From: an uncultured Bacteroidota bacterium
Lineage (GTDB): Bacteria; Bacteroidota; Bacteroidia; Chitinophagales; Chitinophagaceae
DNA length: 64,000 bases
NCBI GenBank assembly: GCA_903927185.1
Contig: CAIYLW010000026.1
Span: 22,759-86,758, forward strand
Direction: 5' to 3'
The translations under genes were made by a program, and so were the position numbers. This document shows positions 30,687 through 41,588 of the stretch, one piece after another. The notes under the pieces are model-generated. The model was not told where the DNA came from. It saw nothing but the letters and a program-made list of their open reading frames with translations, and did no database searches. How positions within the stretch are numbered: position 1 is the stretch's first letter; each line of letters starts with the position of its first letter.

Positions 30687-31574
30687 TTACTTCTTAGTCT
30701 CTAATAATTTGAAGAATTGATCTAATTGTGGTAAGATTACAATTCTAGTTCTGCGATTGGCTGCACGACCTTCATTTGTTGAATTGTCTGCAAGTGGAAG
30801 ATATTGACCACGACCAGCAGCCGTCATACGTTTTGGATCTAAGCCATAAGTAATTTGTAAAATACGAACTACCGTAGTGGCGCGTTTTACACTCAAATCC
30901 CAGTTGTCGGAAATGCCATTGCTTTTTATAGCAACTGAATCGGTATGTCCTTCCACCATAAATTCGATATCAGGTTGAGCATTTAAAACTTTAGCAACTT
31001 TTCCTAAAACTTCTTTTGCTCTATCTGTTACATCATAGCTACCACTTTTAAATAAAAGCTTATCTGAAATATCAACATACACAACACCTTTATCAACTTT
31101 GATATTAATGTCTTTATCGTCTAGGTTACCGATAGCACCTTTTAGATTCATCACTAATGCCATGTTCAAAGAATCTTTACGAGCAATAGAACCTTGTAAA
31201 TCTTTGATATAAATATCTTTGGAGCCAATATTCTCTAAAGACTTTTTAATACTTTCAGCCTGAGAACCAGTTACTACAGAAAGATCTTTCAGTTGATTTA
31301 AAACAGTGTTATTGTTTTGTTTTAGGTAATCGATTTGACTTTTTAAATCAGCATTAGAAGACTCCAAAGCAGATTTTTTTGTATTCAGTTCGCTTACTTG
31401 ATTGTTACATTTATTTTGTTCATCTTGAAGTGTGCGATATTTGCCTTGTAGTTCAAGGTATGCACCATTTAATTCACCATACTTAGCTTCAGCTTGTCTC
31501 ATTTGTTTCTGGCTAACGCAAGAAAATAATAAAACTGAACTCAGACCAAGCACAACATAGTTTCTAATTTTCAT
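30687..31574 (-). CDS. OmpA/MotB-family peptidoglycan-binding lipoprotein with N-terminal coiled coil
   Basis: Lipobox LFSC; coiled coil; VEGHTD, NWDLSVKRA, NRRTRI. Confidence 0.85.
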   Translation of the reverse strand: MKIRNYVVLGLSSVLLFSCVSQKQMRQAEAKYGELNGAYLELQGKYRTLQDEQNKCNNQVSELNTKKSALESSNADLKSQIDYLKQNNNTVLNQLKDLSVVTGSQAESIKKSLENIGSKDIYIKDLQGSIARKDSLNMALVMNLKGAIGNLDDKDINIKVDKGVVYVDISDKLLFKSGSYDVTDRAKEVLGKVAKVLNAQPDIEFMVEGHTDSVAIKSNGISDNWDLSVKRATTVVRILQITYGLDPKRMTAAGRGQYLPLADNSTNEGRAANRRTRIVILPQLDQFFKLLETKK

Positions 31575-31673
31575 ATCTATTTGTTTTAAACCGTGTATAA
31601 GATTCTAAACGTAAAATTAACCCAAAAATTGTATTCTACTGATGTTTGAATAAATGATTCAACATAATATAGT

Positions 31674-33329
31674 TCAAGTACAAAAAATTACTAATTCATT
31701 GGCATTAGCCCAACCTTCATATTTGGTTTGGTATTTGCCATCAATTATATTTCGTTTTATTTTCAAGGTTGGCGTAAGAACACCGTTTTCTATTGTCCAT
31801 TCTTCTGAAAGTATAACTAGTCTTACAATCTGTTCGTGATGTTCTAATTCTGAGTTTACATTTTTTAAAAATGCCTTCAAATCGTTTGTAAGTTGAATTT
31901 TTTCTACATTTTTTATAGACTCTGACAGTATACAAAGTGCAATAGCGTGTGGCATGGCATGACCAACTACACATGCTTGATCAATAAAGCTATGTGCAAG
32001 AAGTTGACTTTCTATTGGTGCCGGGCTGATATATTTTCCCTTACTCGTTTTAAACTGGTCTTTAATCCTTCCTGTAATCGTTAAATAGCCTTCTGAGTCA
32101 ATTAACCCCTGATCTCCTGTTCGTAAAAATTCATCCTCAAAACAGGCGGCAGATAATTCTGGTTCTTTATAATATCCTTTCATTGAAGCATCACTTTTCA
32201 CTTGAACTTCTTGATCTGAAGCAATACGAACAATTACTTCAGGATAGGATTTTCCAACCGTACCGAATCGTATATTGTTTTTTCTGTTTGCATGAGAGAG
32301 GGCTAAATTTTCAGTCATTCCATAAGCTTCCATAATAATAATCCCCAATTTTGAATACCATTCAAGTAATGCTTTATTAATTGGTGATGCCCCAGTGAAA
32401 ATAAAATGTGCTCTTGACAGACCAAGTTTTTTGCGAATTATTTTTTTGAAAATGTTCGACACTACTGGAATAGATAAAATGCGATTTAGTTTTTTCTGAG
32501 GCATCTTTTTTAAAATCCCTTCTTGCATTTTTTCCCAAATACGAGGAACTGCCAGAAACATGGTTGGTTGTGTGTCTTGTAGATTTACAGAAAACCGGTC
32601 CATCGATTCTACGAAATACATAGTACTGCCAGTAAAAATGGTACCGCATTCAACTAACATTTTTTCCGCTACATGGCATAATGGTAAATAAGAAAAAAAT
32701 ATTTCTGTTTGAATGGTCGGGTTTGTTTTAAGAAAAGAATTAACTGCAAAATTCATTGCACGATGAGTGTGCATCACCCCTTTGGGTTGTCCGGTAGTAC
32801 CAGAAGTATAAATGATGCAGGCTAAAGAATCCAAATCAAGCGTTGGTTTACCAATAAATGGTTTTTGCTCTCTAGTAAAATCGGTCCAACTTGTACAATT
32901 TTCAATCGGATAAAAGGGAAAACATATTTGCACAAGGTGTTTAGGAACTGCGGCTTGCATTTTTTCTGGATGATCTAATTTGCCTACGAAGATCATTTTT
33001 GAATCACTATGAAGTAATAATTCAGTTAAAGAGTTAGGACTGATATTAGGATAAAGTGGAACAGACACACAGCCAGCCATCATAATAGCTATATCTGCCA
33101 TAATCCAGTAGGCACAGTTTTTACTGAGTATTGCAATTTTATCTCCATCATGTAAACCCATTGCATGAATGGCGGTAACCATTTTTCTAATTTCTTCTCC
33201 AGCAGACTGCCAACTAAAATTTTGATATACTTGATTAACTGGCTCAGCCAAAAAAAGTTTTTCGGGCTTTGTTTGTTCGAATCGACAAAAGCTATCAATG
33301 ATGGAAGGGGGGTTATGCGATTCTGTCAT
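31674..33329 (-). CDS. Long-chain fatty acid-CoA ligase (AMP-binding family)
   Basis: YTSGTTGQPKG, SYLPLCH, YGMTE, RTGD, TPTLKIKR. Confidence 0.9.
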   Translation of the reverse strand: MTESHNPPSIIDSFCRFEQTKPEKLFLAEPVNQVYQNFSWQSAGEEIRKMVTAIHAMGLHDGDKIAILSKNCAYWIMADIAIMMAGCVSVPLYPNISPNSLTELLLHSDSKMIFVGKLDHPEKMQAAVPKHLVQICFPFYPIENCTSWTDFTREQKPFIGKPTLDLDSLACIIYTSGTTGQPKGVMHTHRAMNFAVNSFLKTNPTIQTEIFFSYLPLCHVAEKMLVECGTIFTGSTMYFVESMDRFSVNLQDTQPTMFLAVPRIWEKMQEGILKKMPQKKLNRILSIPVVSNIFKKIIRKKLGLSRAHFIFTGASPINKALLEWYSKLGIIIMEAYGMTENLALSHANRKNNIRFGTVGKSYPEVIVRIASDQEVQVKSDASMKGYYKEPELSAACFEDEFLRTGDQGLIDSEGYLTITGRIKDQFKTSKGKYISPAPIESQLLAHSFIDQACVVGHAMPHAIALCILSESIKNVEKIQLTNDLKAFLKNVNSELEHHEQIVRLVILSEEWTIENGVLTPTLKIKRNIIDGKYQTKYEGWANANELVIFCT

Positions 33330-33340
33330 ATGCAACTGTT

Positions 33341-33901
33341 TCAAATAGTTTGTAAATGTGAAAGACTTAGTTCAGGATATTTTCCTTGAACAGGGGCGAA
33401 ATAATTAATTATTTTTTTGAAGTCGGCGGCTTCATCATTACTGGTATAGAAGGGTTCTTCTATTCTAATTTCTTTATTGGCATAGTCAAAAGCAACCATC
33501 ACAATGGGCACATTTGCTTTTTGGGCGATAAAATAAAATCCGGTTCTAAGTCGCTCTACTTTTTTGCGAGTTCCTTCGGGAGAAAGGGCTAATAAAAATT
33601 CGGAATGAATATTAAAAAGATCCACTGCCTGGTCAACCATATTTTTTTTACTAAAACGATCAACAGGATGTCCTCCAAAATAACGAAGCAAAAATCCACC
33701 GGGTCCTTTGAAAAGCTCTTGCTTACCGAAAAACTTCAATGATTTTAATTCTAGAATACTTCTAGCTGCAAGACCAATAAATAAATCGTCTACGCAAGTA
33801 TGCGGTGCAACGATAATGACAGCTTTTGGTGTATTAATAGGAAATTGTACGCTAATCTTCCATCCAATAATACGAAAATAGAGTTTCCAGAGAAATCTCA
33901 T
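33341..33901 (-). CDS. 1-acyl-sn-glycerol-3-phosphate acyltransferase family (PlsC-like)
   Basis: HTCVDD (HxxxxD), PVDR, SPEGTR, TGFYFIA. Confidence 0.85.
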   Translation of the reverse strand: MRFLWKLYFRIIGWKISVQFPINTPKAVIIVAPHTCVDDLFIGLAARSILELKSLKFFGKQELFKGPGGFLLRYFGGHPVDRFSKKNMVDQAVDLFNIHSEFLLALSPEGTRKKVERLRTGFYFIAQKANVPIVMVAFDYANKEIRIEEPFYTSNDEAADFKKIINYFAPVQGKYPELSLSHLQTI

Positions 33902-34025
33902 GGGCAGCAATCTTTTAATAACAAGTTAAGGTTTGCTTTTGATTTTAAACAGAAAATATATCGTCAAATCAGATGAAATTGAACAATTTTATATTAGTTT
34001 ACATTTTTACGCTAAAACCCCTACA

Positions 34026-34496
34026 ATGTCTAATTTCAGAGGCTTTATTGGCTCAGAGCTTTTGGCTATTAAACAGCATCTAGCTTCAATAAAAAGTGCC
34101 ATCCCCAATAAAGTAAAATTATCACCCCCAGAAAGAAGGAGTTTGTTCAAATTACATCTAAAAAGGAAAGATTTTGCTTTAAAAGCCATCGCATTAATGC
34201 GAAAGAGTCCGAGTTCAGCTCCAAGTTTTGTTGATATTCAAGCTTGTAATAGTTATATGTTATTATTCGAACAATACACCGAATTGATGCAGGAAGTAGA
34301 AGCAGTAAAACGACATCTTGAAGATGCAAGATTATTAGTTGGCCATGAAATATTAAAACAAACTCGTTCCTATTTTCAGAATGCAAAGAATGGGGCTGAT
34401 TCTGGTGATCATCATTTTGAAAAAATAGTACAATCTCTAAAACCTTTCTATGCCGTTGGTAGAAACAGTAAAAAATTAGAAGAAGAGCGAGAATAA
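34026..34496 (+). CDS. Conserved hypothetical all-helical protein
   Basis: ATG at 34026; LSPPERRSLFK...LEDARLLVGHE pattern resembles an uncharacterised family as I recall it. Confidence 0.65.
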   Translation: MSNFRGFIGSELLAIKQHLASIKSAIPNKVKLSPPERRSLFKLHLKRKDFALKAIALMRKSPSSAPSFVDIQACNSYMLLFEQYTELMQEVEAVKRHLEDARLLVGHEILKQTRSYFQNAKNGADSGDHHFEKIVQSLKPFYAVGRNSKKLEEERE

Positions 34497-34619
34497 GAAA
34501 ATTATCAATCCCTGAATCTGCGCTTTTATCCATTTATTGAGTCACTCAAATAAAGAATTATTTAATATATCAATTTTATGGCAAATTTGTGGTGTTGATA
34601 TAGTGAAATCCATAAAATA

Positions 34620-35690
34620 ATGAACAAGTACTTTAGAATTGACAAGATTAGCAGAAAAAAACTATACTGGATTTTCCAGGCATGTGGTTGGCTTGCTATG
34701 TTGTTTTATGAATTGATCAATTATGTAGGGCTCGGTTTCTTTACTGTTCCTGATTATTTATCCTTGGTGTGCTTAACAGTAATTGCCATGTTGTTCACGC
34801 ATCTTTACAGATATATTATCAATCACTCAAATTTTAACAGACAAGCCTATATTTTTCAATTCTTTTGGATGATTGTGAGTTGGATAATTCTGTCATTACT
34901 GATTCCATTAACAGGTACTTTTCTATATCATTTCATCAATCATAAAGTGAAGCTCAGCTTTTTGAATCTAAACTTTTTTATGAATGTGATTAACTGGAGT
35001 CGATACCTGGTTGTTTGGTTATTAATGTACCATATTTCTAAATTCTTATACTATAAGTCGAGAGCAGATTTACGTCAACTGCATACTGTGCTTGAATTAC
35101 AGACCGCACAATTGGAAATATTGCGTCTGCAATTAAATCCACATTTTTTATTTAATGCATTAAATAGTATTCGATCGTTGATTATTACTGACGGTGAACA
35201 AGCCAGAAATGCGACAACTTTATTATCACAACTATTGCGACATACTTTAAACTATGAAAAACAAAGTTTTATATCGCTGCAACAAGAATCAGATATTGTT
35301 AATGATTATTTGGCTCTAGAGAAAATTAGATTTGAAGAGCGATTAGAATATTGTGTAGATATTGACCCGGAAATATATGATGTTACAGTACCACCAAGTA
35401 TCTTATTAACGCTTGCAGAAAATGCCATAAAACATGGGATTAATAAATTAGTAAAAGGTGGAACAATAGTTGTGGAAGTGAAAAAGATGGAAAGTCACAT
35501 ATTTATTTGTGTTACTAATAATGGTAAGATTACAGCAAATGAAGATAAAGCCAGACAGGGTATAGGAATTTCTAATTTAAATAAGCGGCTTAAGTTGTTT
35601 TATACTTCACATCCAGAAATGGTATTACAGCAGGTAAAAGATGATGTCGTAGCAGCAAGCATACAATTACCTATCGAACATAATAATTGA
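34620..35690 (+). CDS. LytS/YehU-type sensor histidine kinase
   Basis: 4 TM; QLNPHFLFNALN, YLALEKIRF, LAENAIKHG, GIGISN. Confidence 0.9.
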   Translation: MNKYFRIDKISRKKLYWIFQACGWLAMLFYELINYVGLGFFTVPDYLSLVCLTVIAMLFTHLYRYIINHSNFNRQAYIFQFFWMIVSWIILSLLIPLTGTFLYHFINHKVKLSFLNLNFFMNVINWSRYLVVWLLMYHISKFLYYKSRADLRQLHTVLELQTAQLEILRLQLNPHFLFNALNSIRSLIITDGEQARNATTLLSQLLRHTLNYEKQSFISLQQESDIVNDYLALEKIRFEERLEYCVDIDPEIYDVTVPPSILLTLAENAIKHGINKLVKGGTIVVEVKKMESHIFICVTNNGKITANEDKARQGIGISNLNKRLKLFYTSHPEMVLQQVKDDVVAASIQLPIEHNN

Positions 35691-35742
35691 TTTTACTACG
35701 AGGATATTTATATAAATTGTTTCTTTACATGAAACCTAACTC

Positions 35743-36318
35743 ATGATCCATTCACAAAACAAGATCATAATTATAACGGCACCTTCGGGAGCAGGTAAGT
35801 CTACCATCACTCATTATTTATTGAATAAATATCCACGGCTATCTTTTTCCATATCCGCTGCTACGAGAAGTCCGAGAGGGAAGGAAAAAGACGGGATTGA
35901 TTACTATTTTTTGAGCGAGGCTGAATTCAAACATAAGATACATGAAGAGGCTTTTTTGGAATGGGAGATGGTATATGAGGGAAAGTATTATGGTACCCTT
36001 AAATCTGAATTAGATCGTATATGGGCAGCCGGGAAAGTGCCTATGCTAGATATTGATGTAAAAGGAGCTATACATGTACAGCAGCAGTTTGAAGAAAATT
36101 GCCTTTCAATTTTTATTGAACCACCCTCTGTAGAAGAGTTGCGCAAAAGATTGGAAAGCAGAGGCACAGAAACTCCAGAGAGTTTAGCTACAAGAATAAA
36201 TAAAGCTAGCTATGAGATTTCTTTCAATCATCGGTTTAGCAAAACCATTGTCAACGATGAACTAAGTAAAGCCTGTGAAGAGACGGAGGCGGTTATTAAA
36301 GATTTCTTAGGTTGGTAA
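35743..36318 (+). CDS. gmk: Guanylate kinase
   Basis: APSGAGKST, SAATRSPR, DGIDYYF, YYGT, DIDVKGA. Confidence 0.95.
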   Translation: MIHSQNKIIIITAPSGAGKSTITHYLLNKYPRLSFSISAATRSPRGKEKDGIDYYFLSEAEFKHKIHEEAFLEWEMVYEGKYYGTLKSELDRIWAAGKVPMLDIDVKGAIHVQQQFEENCLSIFIEPPSVEELRKRLESRGTETPESLATRINKASYEISFNHRFSKTIVNDELSKACEETEAVIKDFLGW

Positions 36319-36356
36319 GATTGTTTTACGGAAATTTATTATCTAACAATTTTACT

Positions 36357-37175
36357 ATGCCATTTACAAACAGAACCATTTTAATTACAGGTGCCAGCAG
36401 AGGAATTGGCAAAGCAATGGCTATTCGTTTAGCCAAAGAAGGTGCGAATATTGTGATTGCCGCTAAAAGTGTGGATGAGGATCCAAGATTAGGAGGCACT
36501 ATCTATTCTGCAGCTGCAGAAGTTGAAGCTGCTGGTGGAAAAGCGTTGGCTGTACAAGTGGATATCAGAAATGAAGAACAGATCCAAAGTATGGTAAAGC
36601 AAGCTGTTGAAAAATTTGGAGGGATTGATGTAGTTATCAATAACGCATCTGCTATTCAGTTAACTGGTACTGAGCAAACAGAAACAAAACGTTTCGATTT
36701 AATGCAAAGTATCAATGTGCGGGGTACATTCTTAGTGGTAAAACATTGCCTACCTTATTTACGCAAAGGTAAAAATCCACATATCATTACTCTTTCTCCT
36801 CCGGTAAATTTAAATCCAAAATGGATGGGGGGACATATTGCATATACCATCACTAAGTTCAATATGAGTATGTTGGCATTGGGTTGGTCGGCTGAATTAA
36901 AAGGAGCGGGGATTGCATCTAATGCTTTGTGGCCTAGAACCACTATTGATACAGCAGCAGTGAGAAATTTATTAGGAGGAGAAACCTTAGCTAAGATGAG
37001 TAGAACGCCAGAAATCATTGCCGATGCGGTATATTTTATTTTAAAGAAAAATGTATCACAGTGTACTGGTCATACTTTTATTGATGAAGAAGTTTTAGCT
37101 GGAGAAGGCATTACAGATTTAGAAAAATATTCAGTTGTGCCAGGCGCGCATTTATATACCGACCTTTTTGTTTAA
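36357..37175 (+). CDS. Short-chain dehydrogenase/reductase (HSDL2-like)
   Basis: TGASRGIG, NNAS, YTITK (YxxxK), NALWPRT. Confidence 0.88.
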   Translation: MPFTNRTILITGASRGIGKAMAIRLAKEGANIVIAAKSVDEDPRLGGTIYSAAAEVEAAGGKALAVQVDIRNEEQIQSMVKQAVEKFGGIDVVINNASAIQLTGTEQTETKRFDLMQSINVRGTFLVVKHCLPYLRKGKNPHIITLSPPVNLNPKWMGGHIAYTITKFNMSMLALGWSAELKGAGIASNALWPRTTIDTAAVRNLLGGETLAKMSRTPEIIADAVYFILKKNVSQCTGHTFIDEEVLAGEGITDLEKYSVVPGAHLYTDLFV

Positions 37176-37194
37176 TCATTACTAACTAAATCAC

Positions 37195-38667
37195 ATGAAA
37201 AAGATTGTTACTGCAGGTGCACTATGCCTTGCAACGGGACTATTATTAGCGCAAAAGACAAAAATAAAACCTGCTGCAATTAATGCAGTTGACGTTTTAA
37301 AAACGCAAGCCATTCAAGATATACAAAGTGGATATAATGCTTACAAAAATGTGGCTTTGCAAATTTGGAACTTTGCTGAAGTGGGATATAAGGAAACAAA
37401 AAGTTCTTTATTACTTCAACAGACTTTGAAAGATGCTGGCTTTAGTGTTCAAGCTGGTGTTGCAGAAATACCAACTGCTTTTGTAGCTACTTATGGTAGT
37501 GGTAAACCGGTAATTGGTATACTGGCTGAGTATGATGCCCTTCCCGGATTAGCACAAAATGCAGTTCCTGAAAAATCTGGAATTGCAGGTAAAGATGCTG
37601 GACATGGATGTGGCCATAATTTATTTGGTACAGCATCTGTAGCTGCTGGTATTGAAATCAAACAGCTGATAGAATCTAAAAAATTTACCGGTACTATCAA
37701 AGTATTCGGTTGTCCTGCGGAAGAAGGTGGCAGTGGTAAAGTATATATGGTAAGAGCAGGTTTATTTAATGATGTAGATGTAGCAGTACACTGGCATCCT
37801 GGAGATGCCAATGAAGTAACAATGATCAGTGCCTTGGCAAATACTTCTGCCAAGTTTCGTTTTCATGGAATATCTGCACACGCGTCAGCTTCACCAGAAA
37901 GAGGAAGGTCTGCCTTGGATGCAGTAGAATCGATGGATTTTATGTCGAATATGATGCGTGAACATATCCCACAGGAAACCAGAATACATTATGTAATCAC
38001 CAATGGCGGAAAAGCTCCTAATGTAGTACCGGATTTTGCCGAAGTATTTTATTATGTACGTCATCCTCAAAGAGATCAAGTGGTTTCAATTTTTGAGCGT
38101 TTAGTAAAAACGGCGAAGGGTGCAGCACTTGGAACAGAAACTACCATGGATTATGAGATCATTGGAGGAACCCATGATCTTTTAATTAATCAAATATTGG
38201 GAGAAGCCATGCAGGCGAACCTTGAAAAAGTAGGAGGTGTTACTTATTCGGAAGATGAAATTGCATTTGGCAAAAAATTACAATCTAGTTTCACTTTTAA
38301 AGCACCTGCAATAGAGAGAGCATCTAATATTGAAGCTTTGAAGAAAACCTCAGATAAACAAGTTGGACAAGGTTCAACAGATGTGGGTGATGTTAGTTAT
38401 GCAGTACCTACCGTAGGTTTATCTGCTGCTACTTGGATTCCTGGAACACCTGCGCATAGCTGGCAGGCTGTGGCATGTGATGGCACTGAAATTGGTACAA
38501 AAGGAATGATGGTAGCCGCCAAAACAATGGCACTAACAGCAATTGATCTTTTTACGAATCCTGCATTGATTCAAAAAGCAAAAGACGAATTTAAAATTGC
38601 TAAGGGTGATTATCAGTATAAAGCTTTATTAGGTGATCGGAAGCCGGCTTTGAATTATAGGGACTAG
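37195..38667 (+). CDS. M20-family amidohydrolase (AbgB-like), secreted
   Basis: EYDALPGL, HGCGHN, PAEEGG, HWHP, GKAPNVVP, GSTDVGDVS, PGTPAHSW. Confidence 0.88.
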   Translation: MKKIVTAGALCLATGLLLAQKTKIKPAAINAVDVLKTQAIQDIQSGYNAYKNVALQIWNFAEVGYKETKSSLLLQQTLKDAGFSVQAGVAEIPTAFVATYGSGKPVIGILAEYDALPGLAQNAVPEKSGIAGKDAGHGCGHNLFGTASVAAGIEIKQLIESKKFTGTIKVFGCPAEEGGSGKVYMVRAGLFNDVDVAVHWHPGDANEVTMISALANTSAKFRFHGISAHASASPERGRSALDAVESMDFMSNMMREHIPQETRIHYVITNGGKAPNVVPDFAEVFYYVRHPQRDQVVSIFERLVKTAKGAALGTETTMDYEIIGGTHDLLINQILGEAMQANLEKVGGVTYSEDEIAFGKKLQSSFTFKAPAIERASNIEALKKTSDKQVGQGSTDVGDVSYAVPTVGLSAATWIPGTPAHSWQAVACDGTEIGTKGMMVAAKTMALTAIDLFTNPALIQKAKDEFKIAKGDYQYKALLGDRKPALNYRD

Positions 38668-38696
38668 AAATAAGAGATAAGAATGAAGAGATAAAG

Positions 38697-38730
38697 AAAG
38701 AGGCTGCATCATTTGATACAGCCTCTTTTT
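38697..38730. terminator. Terminator hairpin, possibly bidirectional, between convergent genes
   Basis: aaagaggctg...cagcctcttttt. Confidence 0.8.
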
Positions 38731-38747
38731 ATGATTAGAACTTTATG

Positions 38748-41480
38748 TTATTTTTTATTAAAATCACCACCATAAACTAGAATCAGTTTTCCAGGTTTGA
38801 TGTATTTAACCAACGCCTGATTTACTTCAGCCAATTTTAATGAAGTTACTTTTTTCTCCATATCAGTGTACCAAGTCAGATCACGATTAATATAGAGATA
38901 TGATTCTAATAAATTTGCAAGTTGCCCATCTACACCGAGAGAAATCTTACGACCTTGTAACCAACTGTCTGTTGATTTCTTTAACTCATCTTCTGTAAAT
39001 CCTTTATCAATTGCTTTGTTTATTTCTTGCTTCAATGCACTGTCTAAACGATTTTTATAAATTGGATTGAAGATGGCATACACGCCCCATTGTGCGGATT
39101 TATCTACACTGGAAGCTTGGAAGAAAGATCCTGCACCATAACTCATGCCTTCACTTTCTCTTAAACGCTTTGGTATGCGTGAAGATAGAAATGCGCCACC
39201 ACCTAATAATTCATCAGCCATAGTTAATGCTGCAAAATCTGCATCACTATCAGACATTTGAATATTCATAAATCCTAGAGCCATTGCATTTGCCTTGTCT
39301 GGAGTAAGTATGGTTTCATCGCTACCAGCTACATCAAAGTATTGGCGAGGTATTCTAGTAAAGTTTGTTTTCGAATTCAATGATTGGAAAACAGAACTAA
39401 TAGCTTTGTCTGCGTCTTCTTGAACGAATTCTCCTACAAGCGCACCTGTTCCAAAATTGGCACCATAATGACTATTAAAGAATTCTTCTAACTCAGATCT
39501 TTTTAATTGGTTTAGAGCAGCAATTTCTTCATCAGCATCCATAGTGTGATAAATACTTGATTTAGGATAACGCTCACTTTTTTGAGATGCTAAAATAGAT
39601 GCACGAAACTGTGGATCGTTTCTGTTGGCATCTAGAGAAGCTTTAGTTTGTGCAATTAGTTTTTCTAATTCATTTTGATCAAAAGAAGGGTTGCTAATAA
39701 TTTCTTTTACTAAAGCCATACATGCAGTAAAGTGCGGCTTGTCTGTATTAATATTAATATTTACTACCTGTCCACTTCCTGAAATATTAATCTGTGATTT
39801 TATTTTATCAAGGCTATCATTCAGTTGTTTTTTACTAAGCGTTTTTGTGCCATTTCGTAACATGGATGCGGTAATACTAATAATCACATCTTTGTTTTCT
39901 AAACTTTTTTCATTACCGATGCGTAATTTAAAGTTGCCGATAATTTTTTCTCCTTTTGCTGGTTTTCTCAATAAAGCATATTTAAAACCATTCGATAATT
40001 TCTTATACTGAGTATTCTTTTTGATATTAGCTACACTGGTTTCGAATGTTTCAGTTTGCTTTTTAACTTCCTTGCCTTTATAATCTTTCACTAATGCATT
40101 GATATCTCCAACATCAGCCACTTTTACTCGGTCAGGATTTTTGTCAGGAATAAACAATCCCCATGTTCTATTTGAAGGTTTGTAATAATTCTTAGCAAAA
40201 TTTTGAACCTCAGGCAGACTTAATTTTTCAACTCTGTCGCGATTAATAAAAAACAACCTCCAATCACCTGCACCTATCGCCTCAGTAAGATTAATACATA
40301 AACTGATGGTATTGTTTGTTGTATTTTCTGTTCTTTTAATTAATGCATTCTTTGCTCTTTCTAATTCTTCAGTGGTAATGGTAGTTTTGCCAAGATTATC
40401 TAGGGTGGAAAGAAAAACTGTTTTCGCAGAATCAATACTTTTTTCTTTTGGAATTTCTGCTTGCAAATAAGTGAAGCCTGGATCTTTTAAAGCCAATAAT
40501 TCCTGATCAACACTGGTCGCTAATTTTTTCTCAACTAGTGCTTTGTATAGAATTCCAGATGGATTATTTGTTAGAATATTTAGTAATGCTTGATTTGCTG
40601 CGTAGTCTTTATCAGAATATGCTGCTGTGTGATACATCATCCCCATATATTGAATATCACCAACTCTTTTAAGTTCTACATAACGTTCACCATCTTGAAC
40701 CGGTTCAACTGTATAAGTGGGTTGTAATACCCTTGATGGTTTTGGAATATTATTATAAAACTGTTGAATCCATGCTAGTGCTTTAGCTTCATCGAATTTT
40801 CCTGCTACCATCAAAACAGCATTATCTGGCTGATAATACTTTTTGTAAAATGCTCGAAGATTATCAACGGGTACTCTTTCGATATCCTCTTTGCTACCAA
40901 TGGTTGATTTTCCATAATTATGCCATAGGTAACCGCTTGCAATGATTCGTTCTTCTAAAACAGAGCTCGGGTCGTTTTCTCCTGATTCAAACTCATTTCG
41001 CACTACACTAAATTCTGTTTTTAATTCTTCTTTTAGGATCTGACTATTCACCATTCGATCAGATTCCATATCCAAAGCCCATTTTAAATTATCATCGCTT
41101 GCTGGAAGAACTTCGTAATAATTAGTTCTATCATACCAAGTAGTGCCATTGGCAGATGCGCCTTTGTCGGCAATTGTTTTCTTGATGTCTTTATATCTTT
41201 TGGATGTTTTGAACATCATGTGTTCGAGTAAATGCGCCATCCCGCTTTCTCCGTATCCTTCATGGCGAGAACCTACTAGGTAAACGATATTTACCACAAC
41301 ATTGTTTTGAGAATTATCAGGTAACAAAAGTATACGTAAACCATTATCTAGTTTGTATTCTTTAATTCCCTCAACTTGTGTAACCAACTGCGGCGTCGAG
41401 CCATTAGGTTTCATTGACTGACTATTTACCGAACTCATCAAAGTAAATAGGCATAAAAGCACTGATGAAATTTTGAGCAT
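38748..41480 (-). CDS. M16-family zinc protease (PqqL/pitrilysin-like)
   Basis: HLLEH (HxxEH), NGTTWYDRTNY, downstream NEFE; second M16 module; signal peptide. Confidence 0.92.
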   Translation of the reverse strand: MLKISSVLLCLFTLMSSVNSQSMKPNGSTPQLVTQVEGIKEYKLDNGLRILLLPDNSQNNVVVNIVYLVGSRHEGYGESGMAHLLEHMMFKTSKRYKDIKKTIADKGASANGTTWYDRTNYYEVLPASDDNLKWALDMESDRMVNSQILKEELKTEFSVVRNEFESGENDPSSVLEERIIASGYLWHNYGKSTIGSKEDIERVPVDNLRAFYKKYYQPDNAVLMVAGKFDEAKALAWIQQFYNNIPKPSRVLQPTYTVEPVQDGERYVELKRVGDIQYMGMMYHTAAYSDKDYAANQALLNILTNNPSGILYKALVEKKLATSVDQELLALKDPGFTYLQAEIPKEKSIDSAKTVFLSTLDNLGKTTITTEELERAKNALIKRTENTTNNTISLCINLTEAIGAGDWRLFFINRDRVEKLSLPEVQNFAKNYYKPSNRTWGLFIPDKNPDRVKVADVGDINALVKDYKGKEVKKQTETFETSVANIKKNTQYKKLSNGFKYALLRKPAKGEKIIGNFKLRIGNEKSLENKDVIISITASMLRNGTKTLSKKQLNDSLDKIKSQINISGSGQVVNININTDKPHFTACMALVKEIISNPSFDQNELEKLIAQTKASLDANRNDPQFRASILASQKSERYPKSSIYHTMDADEEIAALNQLKRSELEEFFNSHYGANFGTGALVGEFVQEDADKAISSVFQSLNSKTNFTRIPRQYFDVAGSDETILTPDKANAMALGFMNIQMSDSDADFAALTMADELLGGGAFLSSRIPKRLRESEGMSYGAGSFFQASSVDKSAQWGVYAIFNPIYKNRLDSALKQEINKAIDKGFTEDELKKSTDSWLQGRKISLGVDGQLANLLESYLYINRDLTWYTDMEKKVTSLKLAEVNQALVKYIKPGKLILVYGGDFNKK

Positions 41481-41496
41481 AGTTTTCGTTTTTATT

Positions 41497-41532
41497 AAAA
41501 AGAAAACCCACATTAAAAATATAATGTGGGTT
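41497..41532 (-). terminator. Intrinsic terminator after lysS
   Basis: aacccacatta-N6-taatgtgggtt followed by TTCTTTTT on the minus strand. Confidence 0.7.
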
Positions 41533-41588
41533 CTTCAAAAGTATTACTAAAAAATAACGATGTCAATAGAAAAGTAGATTAAAATGAG

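Noticed and set aside
30687-31574. Flagellar stator MotB
   Set aside because: Has a lipobox rather than the MotB TM Asp motif, and no motA or flagellar genes are nearby; treated as an OmpA-like peptidoglycan-binding protein.
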